From: Eledone cirrhosa
Lineage: Eukaryota
NCBI GenBank assembly: GCA_964016885.1
Contig: OZ024745.1
Coordinates: 68,634,001-68,698,000 of the forward strand
Reading direction: 5' to 3'
Length of the DNA: 64,000 bases
Shown: piece by piece, positions 38,850 through 51,684 of the stretch
Layout: each line of letters opens with the position of its first letter
Numbering within the stretch: the first letter of the stretch is position 1
Notes under the pieces: generated by a model
Seen by the model: only the letters and a program-made list of their open reading frames with translations
Told to the model about the DNA's origin: nothing
The model's database searches: none
Position numbers and translations under genes: made by a program

Positions 38850-41694
38850 CATATAGAATATATGCTAGAACTCTTTGTCATTGAATATATCTATTTGTAA
38901 ATTCATTTTTTCTCTACAAATATAGTTGAATTGTATAGTGTTTTATGTTGATATATCAAGAATTTTGAAGAATAAGCCAACTCCTTCATATACATTATAA
39001 TTCTGTTAAATGTTCACACCACTTAACAGAAATAGCATTGTTATTCTTTAACTTCATACTTTCTTCTTTATATTTACCTACAAAGATGTTTGAGTTACAC
39101 CAAAATACCACAAAAACTTGAGTATAAGTTAAGACTACTTTTTATGTAAAACATACTCCAAATTTGAGTATTAAGTAAGACTATTGAGTATAATTCGAGA
39201 TCGTTTGCCTAAAACTTGAATATGAGTTAGAACCATTTTATTTAAAAGGTACTTTAAAAGTTAATACAAGTTGGGACCTATGTATCTAAAAATTACTCCA
39301 AACGTAAGTGTGACTTGCGAAAATTTTATTTAAAATGTACTAAAATAACATCTCTACTTATGATTAAGTTAGTTATATAAAGAAAAATCATATCCACATG
39401 AGAGATATTATAATTCTACTAACAATTGCACATAGGATTCATATAAGCAGGCACAGCAACTGTTTGAAAGTCTGATGAAGAAGACTTCTGAGTTTGGATC
39501 ACCTGAATGAACCTTTTGATATAAACCCTTTTAAATCACACCTGATGATTTAAAGTGTACATATTTATCTAAAAACTTTCCATCATAATTTTATGTAAGA
39601 ACCTTTATGTTCCAAACACCAGATTAATAATGGGAAAGTTATTTTACTAAATCCTTCCAAATTCTTGATTAATTAAACAATTTTCTGGAATCTTAAACAG
39701 TGTATTTTTTCCAGAAATATGTAAGGGTTAGGGTTAAAGTCTTTATATTATCTAAAAACCTTCCATCATAATTGGTCATGTCCCAAACAACAAGTTAATG
39801 AAAAACTTAGATATATTATTAAATCTGTTCATTATATTCTACAATGCAAAACTGTTTGTTTTAAAGAGTTTATATTTGCTTAAAAATCTTCCATCATAAT
39901 TATATGTAAGAACCTAAATTTTGTATATTATTTACAAAATTATTTGAAAATTATAGGCAATGATCTCATATTAGAAACAAGCTAAAAAAAAGTTAATTTG
40001 TTCTGTTGGTGTTTTTCAATAAATAAATACAATTTGACATTGATTCATAATCAGCTTACTGGATTGTTGTCTCAAATGTGTATACTTTTTTTTATTCAAT
40101 ATAGGCGTATACTCCAGTATTTATGGTACAGCAAAATTTTAGTTTCTCTAATTCTAATTTGTTTGCTGATTTCCTGATTCATTGTCAAATTCAAACCAAT
40201 TCATCTATTCATTACAACAAAGTTACATTAAAAAATTGATTCATAGGGGCCTATATATTTAATGGATCATTTCGTTTTATGTTACTGTTTTAATCATTTT
40301 TATATAAAACTGCCTGAAACTAACTCTGGTTTCACGATACAAAACTATTCATTTAAAACTTTATATATATTTAAACATTTTCCATCATATGTAAGAATCT
40401 TTATCATGTTTCAAATACCAATTAAATAATGAAAGATAGTTATTTTAGTAATTCCCTCCAAATTTCTGATTATTTTCAAAAGGATTTGAAAATCGTAAGC
40501 AGTGTCTTTTATTAAAAATATGATAACAAAAGGATTAAGGATACCTTTTTAAAGATTCCTTTATTCTGTTGTAAATAGCTATAATTTCTTTCCTACAACT
40601 ACTTTAAATTTTGGCATCTGCTGAAGCCATACTAGCCAACATAGAACTGTGGCAATGCTTATTTTTCTATGGTTCTAAATAAAAATTTATATTTACAGAT
40701 CCATTTATAAGTCACATAGAGATCCTGGATATTAAGGAATGCTTAGTTAGATTAATTAGAACTAAAACAACAATATATTGCTAAGCCAATCAGTCAACCA
40801 ACCAATCAATCAATCACAAAATATAATCAATAACGATTGATATTCTTTTCAAATTGCAAGTAGTTAACCAATTTTCTTTTGCAAACATTTAGGGCCCTCA
40901 GAAATCTTATAAGACCAAAGATCGACACATGGGAACTTCTTCTCCAAGGCACAGACCTAGGCAAAGTTTTTTTTTTAAATGGAAAACCAGCAATTATCTA
41001 AACATGCCACTATTCTCCAAGATAATAATGTCCAGAAGAATGACAAAAGCTGATACAGCTTGGCACTGGTGACATCACAGGTAAATACACACATACACAC
41101 AGGGTACAATAAATTCCTATGAGAAAAAAAATTAGACTTAATTACTTTTTGTTATTTACTCCTATTATATTATTTTTTAAATTTCAAGCAGTTTCTTGTT
41201 TTCCTTTCCTTATCTGATGTTTTCAGAATATATGTAAAATATGTAAAATATGGGAAATATTTCTAACTGCCTTTTAACCCAACAGACTTTGTTTCAGCCA
41301 CCATTTTCAGATAATAATTTAAAAAGACAACGGTTACCTAAATATACTTTGAGGCACACTGACCTGAGAGTTTTGAAATTCATTAACAATGGAAGAATGT
41401 TTAAAGGCAATGCTGGATATCTTTGTTATTTTTCTCCAACTGCATGAAATTTTTAGCAAGTTTTTTTTTCATTTTTTCTTTATCTCTCATTTCCCAGGTT
41501 CATTTTTGATTTCACTTCGAGTCAACATTTTATAATCACAATACTTTCTTTTGTATAATGGTTTCTTCTCCATACAATTATGGATGCATATTCGTTCAAA
41601 ATATTTACATACACACATTCACACATACAGAAAAAAATGTCATATTATACAAATATATTTCAAAGTGGAAAAATGAGCCTATGTATTATAATAT

Positions 41695-41758
<64 letters not shown>

Positions 41759-41792
41759 CTATGATATTTTATATCTAATCTATGAAGTACTG

Positions 41793-42998
41793 CTATACAT
41801 CTTCACCTTCTGTATCATGTCCGTTACTTCGTATTTGGATTGATTTTTTACTTCGGTACATATCCCAGAGTCCCGAAACTATTTCAGCAACGACAATGTC
41901 GCTAGAATTTTTACCTATTAACCGTAATGTAAACACACCATCATGCCGTAAGTACTCAACTGTGAAGCGATTGGCTAGCTTTTTGTCTGGCGTTGATCCT
42001 ATTCGATCCATGATTTTGAGAAATTTCCGCACATACTGAATACGTGTGGTTGGAAAAATCATGTGAAAAATCCATGTAGCAAAACTGTAGCAAGAAAGCA
42101 TGGATACAAAGACGAGCCAAAACCAGAGGAATATATATATTTTCTCATTGAAAAGGTTTATTGGAAGCACGCACTGGACGGTGTAGCGATTCAAATTTGG
42201 AAGCTGACGAATCTCAAAGTCACATAATGTTACACGAGGAAAACGACGGGAGACAGTCCAGTCATTTCCTTCAACTAAATCCTCAAGAACTTGCCAACCA
42301 TAAATACGGTAGCCTGAGCCAAGGAATGAGTCTAACAGGAAGAGTTGGCCAATTACATTGGCAATGTAGAATATCTTTACTAAAAAATACACAGCCACAA
42401 GATAGTTGCCATAACGACGGCCACATAATAAAGAAAGATTTGCTGAGAGAATGTGTCGCAGTCGAACACAACATGAATGTCGTGTTTCTCTCTGGTTGTC
42501 CAGACATCTGTCCATATGTCTTACAACATATTTTATGTTACGGGTTCTGTTTTCTGGACTTTCATATTGGGCATCACTGGCTACACTGACAATGCGGTCA
42601 ACATTGATTCCCGACTGTCCATTTAGCAGGCGCCATATGATGCATGGAAGGTAAAATAAAAGAGCCTGCAGTAATAAGACGACAGGAACCCACTGGTAAT
42701 AGCCTAGTTCCTTTTCTTTGCGTTTATTGTGTGCCACCGGAATCTGATCCTGCATATCAATATAATAAGTGTTTGAAATCCAACAGACATTATTGGTATA
42801 CTCAACATGCGCGGATGTAAACTGGGCTGGGCACCAACATCGGATTGGATCACCGACATACTGTCTCGCACTGACCACTACTGTAAATATTATTAATATG
42901 CCCGTAGTATACAGGTGATTCATTCGGTCAATCAAGTCATCATCATTTCGTACTTTAACTTTGCCTAACCGACCAACTGATCCGATAATGCTGTCCAT
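41793..42998 (-). CDS. Innexin (gap-junction protein, unc-9-like), 401 aa, single coding exon starting MDSIIGSVG
   Basis: Innexin hallmarks: DDxxDR N-terminus, QYVGDPIxCWCP, YYQWVP, FPRVTLCDFxIR, VQCVLPINLFNEKIYIFLWFW, four hydrophobic segments and paired extracellular cysteines. The first 53 aa of the 454-aa ORF are intronic. Confidence 0.96.
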   Translation of the reverse strand: MDSIIGSVGRLGKVKVRNDDDLIDRMNHLYTTGILIIFTVVVSARQYVGDPIRCWCPAQFTSAHVEYTNNVCWISNTYYIDMQDQIPVAHNKRKEKELGYYQWVPVVLLLQALLFYLPCIIWRLLNGQSGINVDRIVSVASDAQYESPENRTRNIKYVVRHMDRCLDNQRETRHSCCVRLRHILSANLSLLCGRRYGNYLVAVYFLVKIFYIANVIGQLFLLDSFLGSGYRIYGWQVLEDLVEGNDWTVSRRFPRVTLCDFEIRQLPNLNRYTVQCVLPINLFNEKIYIFLWFWLVFVSMLSCYSFATWIFHMIFPTTRIQYVRKFLKIMDRIGSTPDKKLANRFTVEYLRHDGVFTLRLIGKNSSDIVVAEIVSGLWDMYRSKKSIQIRSNGHDTEGEDV

Positions 42999-42999
42999 C

Positions 43000-43027
43000 C
43001 TACAAAAGAGAGAAAAAAAGAACAACA
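43000..43027 (-). other. 3' splice site of the innexin coding exon
   Basis: Minus strand gttgttctttttttctctcttttgtAG|G-ATG: strong polypyrimidine tract, with the exon starting 1 nt before the ATG. Confidence 0.85.
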
Positions 43028-43081
43028 TTAGATATGTAAAGAATATAGTAACAGCAAATATTTGTTTTATAGGAACAACAT

Positions 43082-43404
43082 AACCATATTTTGTTTTGTA
43101 TAATAGGACTTGAATATAATATACACCCTTGTGTATAATAACAACCCAGGAATACAATCAAGTCTATGTAAATTTTTTGGGAAACTTGTACTTGATAAAA
43201 ATATTAATTTGTTTATCAATTTCTCGTCTTTGAGAGAAATGATATTCAATTATGCTGATTCCATCAACATATACTTGAAATGAATATTTTTAAGTTCAGT
43301 AAAACTTCTAAAAATGTCTACTCATGTATTATACAACCCCTCCTCTTGTTTTTTCCTTAATTTTAGTTCAAAATTACTTGTATTATACCACCCAAAATAT
43401 GATA
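43082..43404. mobile_element. Degenerate pogo/Tigger-like MITE in the innexin upstream intron
   Basis: Imperfect TIRs accatattttg...gtataata / tattatac...caaaatatgat; related partial copy at 36983-37104. Confidence 0.5.
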
Positions 43405-46400
43405 CATTAATTTTTGTTTGAGTATAACCAAGAAAAACTATGAATATAATATTACAGAATATATTAAATTTAAGTATCAATATTGATCTCACATTTATAT
43501 ATATATTTCATTACAATATTGTAAGTAGAAATAATAATACATAAGAATAATACAATAGAAAGAAAAAAATTAATTAGCAAAAGTAAGTGAAAGGTGGGGA
43601 GTGGAGGCCTTTATACCCCTGTCTGGGCAGTATGTCTTAACTGTACTCTGCTAACCAAATGGCGAAAGCATTGCTTTGGAGAATAACCAACAACACCCAT
43701 TTCGATGAATTGATTTCAAGTCCGATGTGTGATCAGGCTGGGATGCTTGCTGTAGATCATTAATGACAGATTCAACCAAGCCAGCCAGAATCACAGTATA
43801 CTGGGACTCAGTGGGCAATATCATCGACAGCCAATACAAAATGTGTTACCTTTCTGGACACCTGTGGTGAAAGTAACCTTGTTGCCAGCAGCAATAAGTG
43901 TGCTGGGTGTTCCATAAGACAGATATGGAAGAGTGAGTATAGAGGCAATCCACCTTAGACACATCGCTAAGATATGAGCCTACCTGTTACAAGCATTTTG
44001 CATACCCAGCTTCATTAGGAGGTAAGGTAATAAAGTGGTTATGTCTTCTATGAAGTGTTTGTTTGCATGAGCATCCACCTTGCATTCACAGAAGTTGGAG
44101 AATGGAATGAATAACTGGGAAAAGGAGGCACATATGGGGCTAAATACACTCAGACACGAGCCTCATATGAAATCAATATAATATATGAAGTTATTGGTTT
44201 CTACATATATTTTAACAACCACAAAGCATTTTCAAACTGTTCACAAGATATAAATACTGTAATGTAAGTCTGAAGTCTGTCAAATGAAACAAAGTTATTT
44301 TCAATGATGAACATTCAGTTGTTTGAGAAATTGAGCATCTAACTATGAATTAACATGAAAGTGGTTTGGTATTCCACAGTCACATGGAATATACTGTAAT
44401 GAAAAAACATTGTAATTTTTAGCTCACATCTCTGAAGGTTCAGCTGACCTTATATGAAATTGCCTTTCATTGGTGGTTTCTTAGGTGTTTTAATGATAGA
44501 GGTCACAGTACCATGATGAAAAGCAGTATAAAATGAAGTGTCTAGCCCAGAAATACAATGCATAGCCCAGTCCTGGATTTGAACCCATGACCTAAGGATC
44601 ATGAGCCCAACACCCTATTCACTAAGCCATGCACATTCATCTATATGTGATAAATTCCAAAGCTGAACAAATGTGCTGCAACTACAATAAGATAAAGCAC
44701 AAGGCCAGCAATTTGGGGGAGGGGGGTGAAAATCGATTAAATCGACCCTCGTTCGTTACTGGTACTTTATTGTATCGACCCCATAAGGCAAAGCTAACCT
44801 AGGTGGGACGTGAACTCAGAACATAAAGAAATTGTTAGAAATTGTTTTTACATTTGTTTTTCATTTTGGTATGTGTTAAATGAGTTGTCCTAGTCTGAGA
44901 GTAGATGGGTCTGATGATCACACCTTGCTCATAGATTCCATTTTGGCATTGTTTCTACGGCTGGATGCCTTTCCTAATGCTAATGCAGTCTGACTTTATA
45001 GGGTGAATTGAGTGCATTTTCTTGTAGTATCAGCACTAGGGGTATGCATGGAAATTTCAATTCCTGCAGTATCTGCTATAGCAGTATGATGTCTTTCATT
45101 TGTTTTAAATTTTTCTATTGCCACTTAACTGCAATGTTTGACTAGAAGTCAGTCATGGCAGAGTTGAAAGGAGTGAAGTAAGAAAGGTTGTAGACACCTA
45201 CGTATGTATGCAATAGGCAAAGCAGTGGTGGCAGTGATGGTGGGAAATAAATGGTACTAGTTTTATGGAGACAATTGATAAAGGATTCTTGTTATTATAA
45301 ATATTTCACCCATGTCTTAATTGAACACATTGCTTTGAAAAACAAAATATTGTTTTTCCATTCCCAACAACAAGCAGTTAAAAGCCATTTTCCTTGCCAA
45401 AATAGGGGGTTAGTCCTGGGGTTTCCATGGCAAGCTTCTCTATTTTGCTCTATCAACTACATTGCTCTTCACCAGACCTTTAGCATTTATTTCTTCTTTC
45501 ATCATTTTTAACTGTGCTTTTCTAGGTCTTCCCCTTCCTTTACTCCCATCCACATTCATCTCTATCACTCCTCTCAATTTCCTCAACATATAGCTCCCTG
45601 CTAACAGAGAAAATATTTAAAAGAACAAAACAAAAACCATTCCACTCACAGCTTTCCTTCCATCTGGCTAAATTTGGTGTCAAGTTCCTAAATATATTTT
45701 CAAGTTACCTCTTACTACATCTAGTAAGCTCTTTAATATTTTAGTTAACATATTTCTTATAAAAGATCCTGCTTATGATTTTCAAATAATTTTGAAAATA
45801 TCCAATAATTTGGAGGGATTTAGTAATATAACTTTCTCATTATTAGACTCGTGTTTGGAGCATAACTACATGTTTTACATAAAGTTATGAAGGAAGGGGG
45901 TTTAGATATATATAGACTTTTAACTAGTGGTACTCATATAGGTAGCATTATAACATACACAATATGTTTTCTGTTATTTAACTAGTAACAGGATAGGGTA
46001 GGGAAGACTCTTTAGTCAAGTCAATGACCTGACAGCCTCTTTAGTGATGTACTTAGTATGCTCTGTAATGTGCTTTGTGTTATGAATGGCATCCAGCTGT
46101 AGAAATTATGCTAGAAGGGTTGCATCTAGAATATGACAATCCCCTGAGTCAGTCAGTATAGTGATTGACTAATGTAAAGGTATCCAACAGGAGAAACCAT
46201 GCCAACATTAACTGGAAACTATCTGAGGACCACAAACTGGTAAAAGAAGGCAATAGCATTGGTCTGTAATGAAACATCTAACTGATGGTAGTAAAACTCG
46301 TCCTGGAGCTATATGAACCATGAAAGAGATAACCAAAACATGTTTGGTTTATACAAAGCTGTATTGCTGACTAATCAAGTCTCAACATGCGAGAGTTCTC

Positions 46401-47076
46401 TTCCTTAGTTTTGGTTCTACTGTGTTGCATTGTGGGAATCGTTATCACTGCAATCACACTTATTAAGCCAAACTGGGCATGTCCTACAGTAGAGCTGAAA
46501 ACTGGATATTAAATAATTGTTTCTACTTTTGGCACAAGGCCAGCAATTACCCAGTGTATTACTGGTACTTTATTTTTAAATAATGATGATGGTCATGATA
46601 AAGACTTTAAAATACACAGGGCTAATTTAATGTGTTTTGGTATCAAATGGGTTAATTTACCTTACACTACTTTAAAAATCAAAATATTTTTCTTTCCTTC
46701 CTACCTCTTCTAAAATAGAAATTAATAAAACAAAACAAAAACATCTCACTCATCTTTTCATTCCATATGACTAAAATTGGTGTCAATTTTCTAAATATAT
46801 TTCCGAGTTACTTCTTATTGTTTCTAGTTAAGCTATCAAAATGTTTCCTGCAGGCTGTTCTATTGATGGAACAATTGAAACACTCATATTGAAACTGATA
46901 TAGGTCAAATATTTATTTTTTACATACAGTTATGACTACAAGAGTAGCAAACTAATATGGTTCTGGCAACAGTTTCTACAATTTCTTTTAAATTTTGTTA
47001 ATCCACTGTGTTATACAGATACAAAATATAACAGCCCTTTTAGTATGACTGCATATTATATAATAGAGTAGTAGGA

Positions 47077-47380
47077 AAGGTACATAGCTTAATGGTTTGA
47101 GTGTTTGGCTCACAATCATAAGGTCATAAGTTCAATTCCTGGTTGTGCATTAGGTCCTTGAGATAAATACTTTACTTCATGTTGCTGAGCTGACAAACTA
47201 AACAATTTATACATGTATTTCAAAGGGTCAGCCTTCTCACACACTGGGTCATGTTGAATTTCCATGAGAACTACATTAACAGTACATATGTCTGTTAAAT
47301 GCTCAGCCACTTGTATGTGAATTTCTTGAACAGGCTGTTCCATTGTTTGAACAACTAGAATATTCATTATCTGAACCAAC
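47077..47380 (+). mobile_element. SINE family B
   Basis: tRNA-like head tagcttaatggtt...agttcaattcc, then gtccttgag.taaa.actttacttcatgttgct. Confidence 0.7.
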
Positions 47381-47861
47381 AGCAGTGTATTTAACTTTTC
47401 CTACATTTATGAATGACAAACTGAGATGTTTCTAACAACTTTTTCCTGAAGTTTCTTTTAAATTCTGTTAATCCAGTGTGATGATATACCATGCACAGGT
47501 ATGACAGGTATGACGTCTAGCAGCCTTCCATGTAAGACAGCAGTGGTAACATTGTTTAAGTTCTAATTGACTGTGGTATGTGTATAATTTGTAAAACTCT
47601 TTTACAACAACCTTTTGTCTCCATTATAAACTGTTAGTGGTAAGATTTTCTTGTTTTATCTTTTGTATCTTTTGCTTTATAATATGCCTCATCAGAAATG
47701 TCTCCTGCAGTCATTCTAAATAGTTTATTTGGACTCCAGTGTGTTAGTGGAATATGTTCTGTGAAACATTCATACAATACAGACAGGCATACTCCATCAT
47801 TTTTAAGAATTGTGCATAATTACTGTGGATTTTCTTTTCTTTTTCACCTTGTTTGAAATAT

Positions 47862-48290
47862 CATTATCATCATTATTATCACCGTTTAATGTCTGTTTTC
47901 TATTATGGGCATAGGTTGGACAGGTTTGTACACTCTGAGACCAGACATGTTTGTTTACCACATTTTTCTTCCATGCTCTAGTTTGGCATGATTTCTACAA
48001 CTCGATGCCCTTCCTAATGCCAACCACTTTACAAAATGTACTAGGTGCATTTTATTGTGGCACTAGCATTATCCTTATGACAACTTGTACTGGGTATGTT
48101 TTATCATTGCATCAGCACAACCACTTTACAGAGTGGGCTGGGTACAGTTTATTGTCACACTAGCACCTACCGTCTTGCAAAGTGGACTGGGTAAATGTTG
48201 TCATGCAGCAGTGCTATCCTTTATAGAGTGTACTGGGTGCATTTCATTGTGGCGGTGTTAACTCCAAGGCATAATATCATTACCATCATA
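47862..48290 (-). mobile_element. RTE-tail retroposon with an internal degenerate ~40-bp minisatellite; related copies at 55928-56360 (-), 59330-59848 (+) and 60490-60712 (+)
   Basis: (cat)n tail, gatgcccttcctaatgccaacc, then repeated ccactttacagagtgtactgggtgcattttattgtggcactagca units. Confidence 0.7.
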
Positions 48291-48506
48291 ATTATCTCTA
48301 AACTTTTCGCCATAATGCCTCAAAATGTTTCATCTAACCCACTAATGCCAGTATAGTTTAGAAAATTAGACAGGAGCATAATGATAATATATGATATATA
48401 TGTTGTTGGACCACAGCTATTTCTGATGATAAATGTCCCAGTTGTTTGATCAATGGTATGGCTTGCTTGTGAAATTAACATGCAAGTGACTGCACATTGC
48501 ATAGAC

Positions 48507-48612
48507 AATGGCTAAAATATATATTGAATCTACATTGTAAGACTAAGCTTTCTATGAACAAACTCTCAGTATAGTGGCAATAAATATCAACTTATCTTAG
48601 ATTCATTGGCAT
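48507..48612. repeat. About 106-bp dispersed element, second copy at 52138-52244
   Basis: Closely similar direct copies aatggctaaaat...ttcattggcatt with sharp boundaries. Confidence 0.85.
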
Positions 48613-48825
48613 TCATTGCACCCATAATGTAATTCTCAGGAAGATTCAGCATGACAGCTTGTGACAAGTACAGTATATTTTTCTAGCTGAGTTCATGGGA
48701 GCAATGTAAAATAAAGTTTCTTGCTCAAGAACATAATGCTCTTCGAGGAATCAAACCCATGACTCTATGAACACCATAACCACTAATCCATGCACTTTCA
48801 CACATGTAATATACCTGCACACAGA

Positions 48826-49050
48826 TTATATCTATGTGTATAAAATAATACATACATGTACATACATTATATCTATGTGTATAAAGTAATACATACATGT
48901 ACATACATTATGTCTATGTGTATAAAGTCAGACATACATGTACATACATTATATCTATGTGAATAAAGTCATACATGTACATACATTATATTTGTGTGTA
49001 TAAAGTTATACATACATGTACATACATTATATCTATGTGTATAAAGTGAT
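48826..49050. repeat. About 41-bp minisatellite, about 5.5 copies
   Basis: ttatatctatgtgtataaagt.atacatacatgtacataca repeats. Confidence 0.92.
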
Positions 49051-51466
49051 ACTGACAGGTAAAAAAATGAAATTTAAAAGAAAAGATTTAACAACTTGTG
49101 ACAGCAGTCAGACCATATAAGTTATGTTGATCAAACAAGCATGCTAAGTATTATTCCGACACACACACATGTACAAAATATATTTATACCATAAAAGTCT
49201 TATGTAATCAAAATGAAATATGGTTTAAGAAATTTTTATATCAAGTTCTTTCTTGTTACTCACTAAAGATTTATAGCCTGCATGTTTTTATTGTCACCTT
49301 TAGTTTCACTATGTCTCAGAGACAAAGAATCATCATCATGATCATCATTTTATATCTGCATTCCTGGTTGGCTTGGGTTGGACAGGTTATTACAGTCTCA
49401 GATTAGACAAGTTTGAGAAACTTTGTGTTGCTCATACATTCCATGTTTGGCATGGCTTCTAAGGCCGGATGCCCTACCTAACACCAATCATTTGGTAAAG
49501 TGATAGTACTAATGCCATAATAAAATGCACTGAGTCTGTTCTGAAAGTGGTAAGGCTGATGCCATGAGTAAATAGACTCAATAGTTGGGATTATGAAGGG
49601 TGTCCAACCATAAATATCATACCAAAAGTACAATGTATGAACAGGATATGCCCCAACCCCAGCTTCACACACACACTCAAACACATACACATACACACAC
49701 AGGTCTAAAGATTCTAAAGAAAGGAAGGGATGATTATATCTGGATTATATTTTGTCATAGGTCTGCCAGGGTCTAAAAAACAGCCACATGAATGTACAAA
49801 TATCTTTATCTTAGTTATTTACAGATAACTAAAATATAGACAAAATATAGACTAAGACTAAAATATAGACTAAGTCTAGTGGTAAGAAACTCTCAGGAGA
49901 GCTGGACAGCAGAAGGTTTTCAAAGCAGAACCCCCACTCTCAAGCAAGTGTTTCAGCCCTTAATGTCTTACACTCTAGGCTGTAAATAACGAACTATTTA
50001 AACAATGAGTACAAGAATGCCTAAGTGGTAAAGGTGTTCACATCACAACCTCACACAGTAAATCTAAACACACACACACATGTACACATACACACACATG
50101 TATACACACACATAAATATATATATGCATATCATCATCACAATAATTACCATCATTTTATGGCCAATTTTCACTCTGGCATGAGTTAGTAAGGTTATCAC
50201 TCCCAGACCAGATGGATTAGAGTGACCTCATCTTGCTTGCTAATGTATATTGTATTTAGTATGGTTTCTACAGCTGGCGGAGAGGGTTGTATGATGCTAT
50301 GACTTATCTCATGATTTGACAAGGGTGAGTGTGGACTGTGTAGTTGAAAATGCAGGCTTAATAATTTTTTTAGTGTGGTCAGAGCAGGAAGTGTAAAATA
50401 ACCTGAGTTTTATCAGATTGCTAAACTGTTATTTGGAAATATTTGGGAGAATATGGCAAATAAGTGGCAGAAAGGGGCACAAATTGTGGGGTTTGTCTGG
50501 AACTGTAAATGCCCAGGTGCTGACTCTGGCTGACAGTGGTGTAACATAGGCATGTATTGTAAAATGTCTCCTGGAATTGAAAACAAATCAAGGAGGTGTA
50601 AGTTGTTTTATGTGTATGTGATGCTGATGTTTAGCTTCAGGTCAGCTCAGATTAAACTGATCTATTGATCAAATGTATTCCATTCATGAACATCCTGGCT
50701 TTTTGTTTCAGATTTTGTCTATCTTGGAGTACCTTATCTAATGTATGCTTCCATTATTTAATATAAGATTTGATTTGAGGGAGTTTAGGCTGTTGCTTCT
50801 AGCAGGTTGTTTAGAGGCCTTCTTCTATCTATAAAAAGGGCTGGGTAAATAGCATCATCATCACATCTGCCCCTTTATACTGGTTTGGGTTTGACAAGAT
50901 ATTTTGAGACAGTGTTTTATGGCAGGATGTTCTTTGTAAAACCAACCCTGTTTATCCTCAGGGATGTTGTGTACGCATTCTAAAAAAGCAAGATACATAC
51001 AATCTATGACAAAGTGTAGTGTGAGATATTGATAGCTGAAAGCTGTGCTTGAGAAAGAGAAAATATGAGACAAGAATATATGAGATGAAAGAACTATAAT
51101 ATGGTTATATGTTAAATGATATGAGAAAGGTAAGCTTCATGGATGTGAAGGCACAGGAATTAAATGACATACAGAATTGCTGTGTAGACAAAACATATGC
51201 TACATAGAAAACCATATGCACATGTTGCAGAGAGAAAACATATGTTAAAACATGCTGATGATCTACGTCATCACTTCAATTAATAAAAGTCCAGATATCT
51301 ACTATAAATATGGAGAACTTTATTTTATTATCAATGAAGTAAAATATCAGGAGGTAAGTGTCTGCAATAATTTAGTATCTTTTGCAATTTATAGTAAGAT
51401 TTGATCAATCACTTTATTTTTAAAACCCTAGTCCAAGCTTCAAGGTCTAAATTCAATATATTTTAA

Positions 51467-51684
51467 CTCTTTAGTATTTACATTACTCTATATATACTAG
51501 TGTATTTTCATAGTAAAGGATTTATCTCACATAATATCTCATAATATTGAATCTATGAGATTTTTATATTATTTATATTGAGAACAATACCGTAACATCA
51601 ATATGAATAGCACATTACAGTCAGTTTGAACAGAAAGAGGTGAGAGAATCCTGGCCTGATACAGCCAGTTTAAATGCTAAAGGG
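51467..51684. mobile_element. piggyBac-like MITE, inverted relative to 29736; partial copy at 53378-53520
   Basis: TTAA|CTCTTTAGTATTTA...TAAATGCTAAAGGG|TTAA. Confidence 0.85.

Noticed and set aside
41775-41795. Stop-codon readthrough or A-to-I stop loss at the innexin UAG (context UAG CAG UAC)
   Set aside because: The context does not match CARYYA, it would add only about 6 residues, and DNA alone gives no evidence.
41782-42654. Plus-strand and alternate-frame ORFs overlapping the innexin
   Set aside because: They are shadow ORFs with no recognisable motifs.
42999-43157. 53-aa N-terminal extension of the innexin ORF
   Set aside because: It runs through a polypyrimidine tract, a splice acceptor and a MITE. 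Innexin-like sequence starts at MDSIIG.
43600-44170. GC-richer stretches as possible exons (also 56440-56660 and 57480-57800)
   Set aside because: No convincing ORF or splice pair is present. They are probably decayed transposon sequence that I cannot assign.
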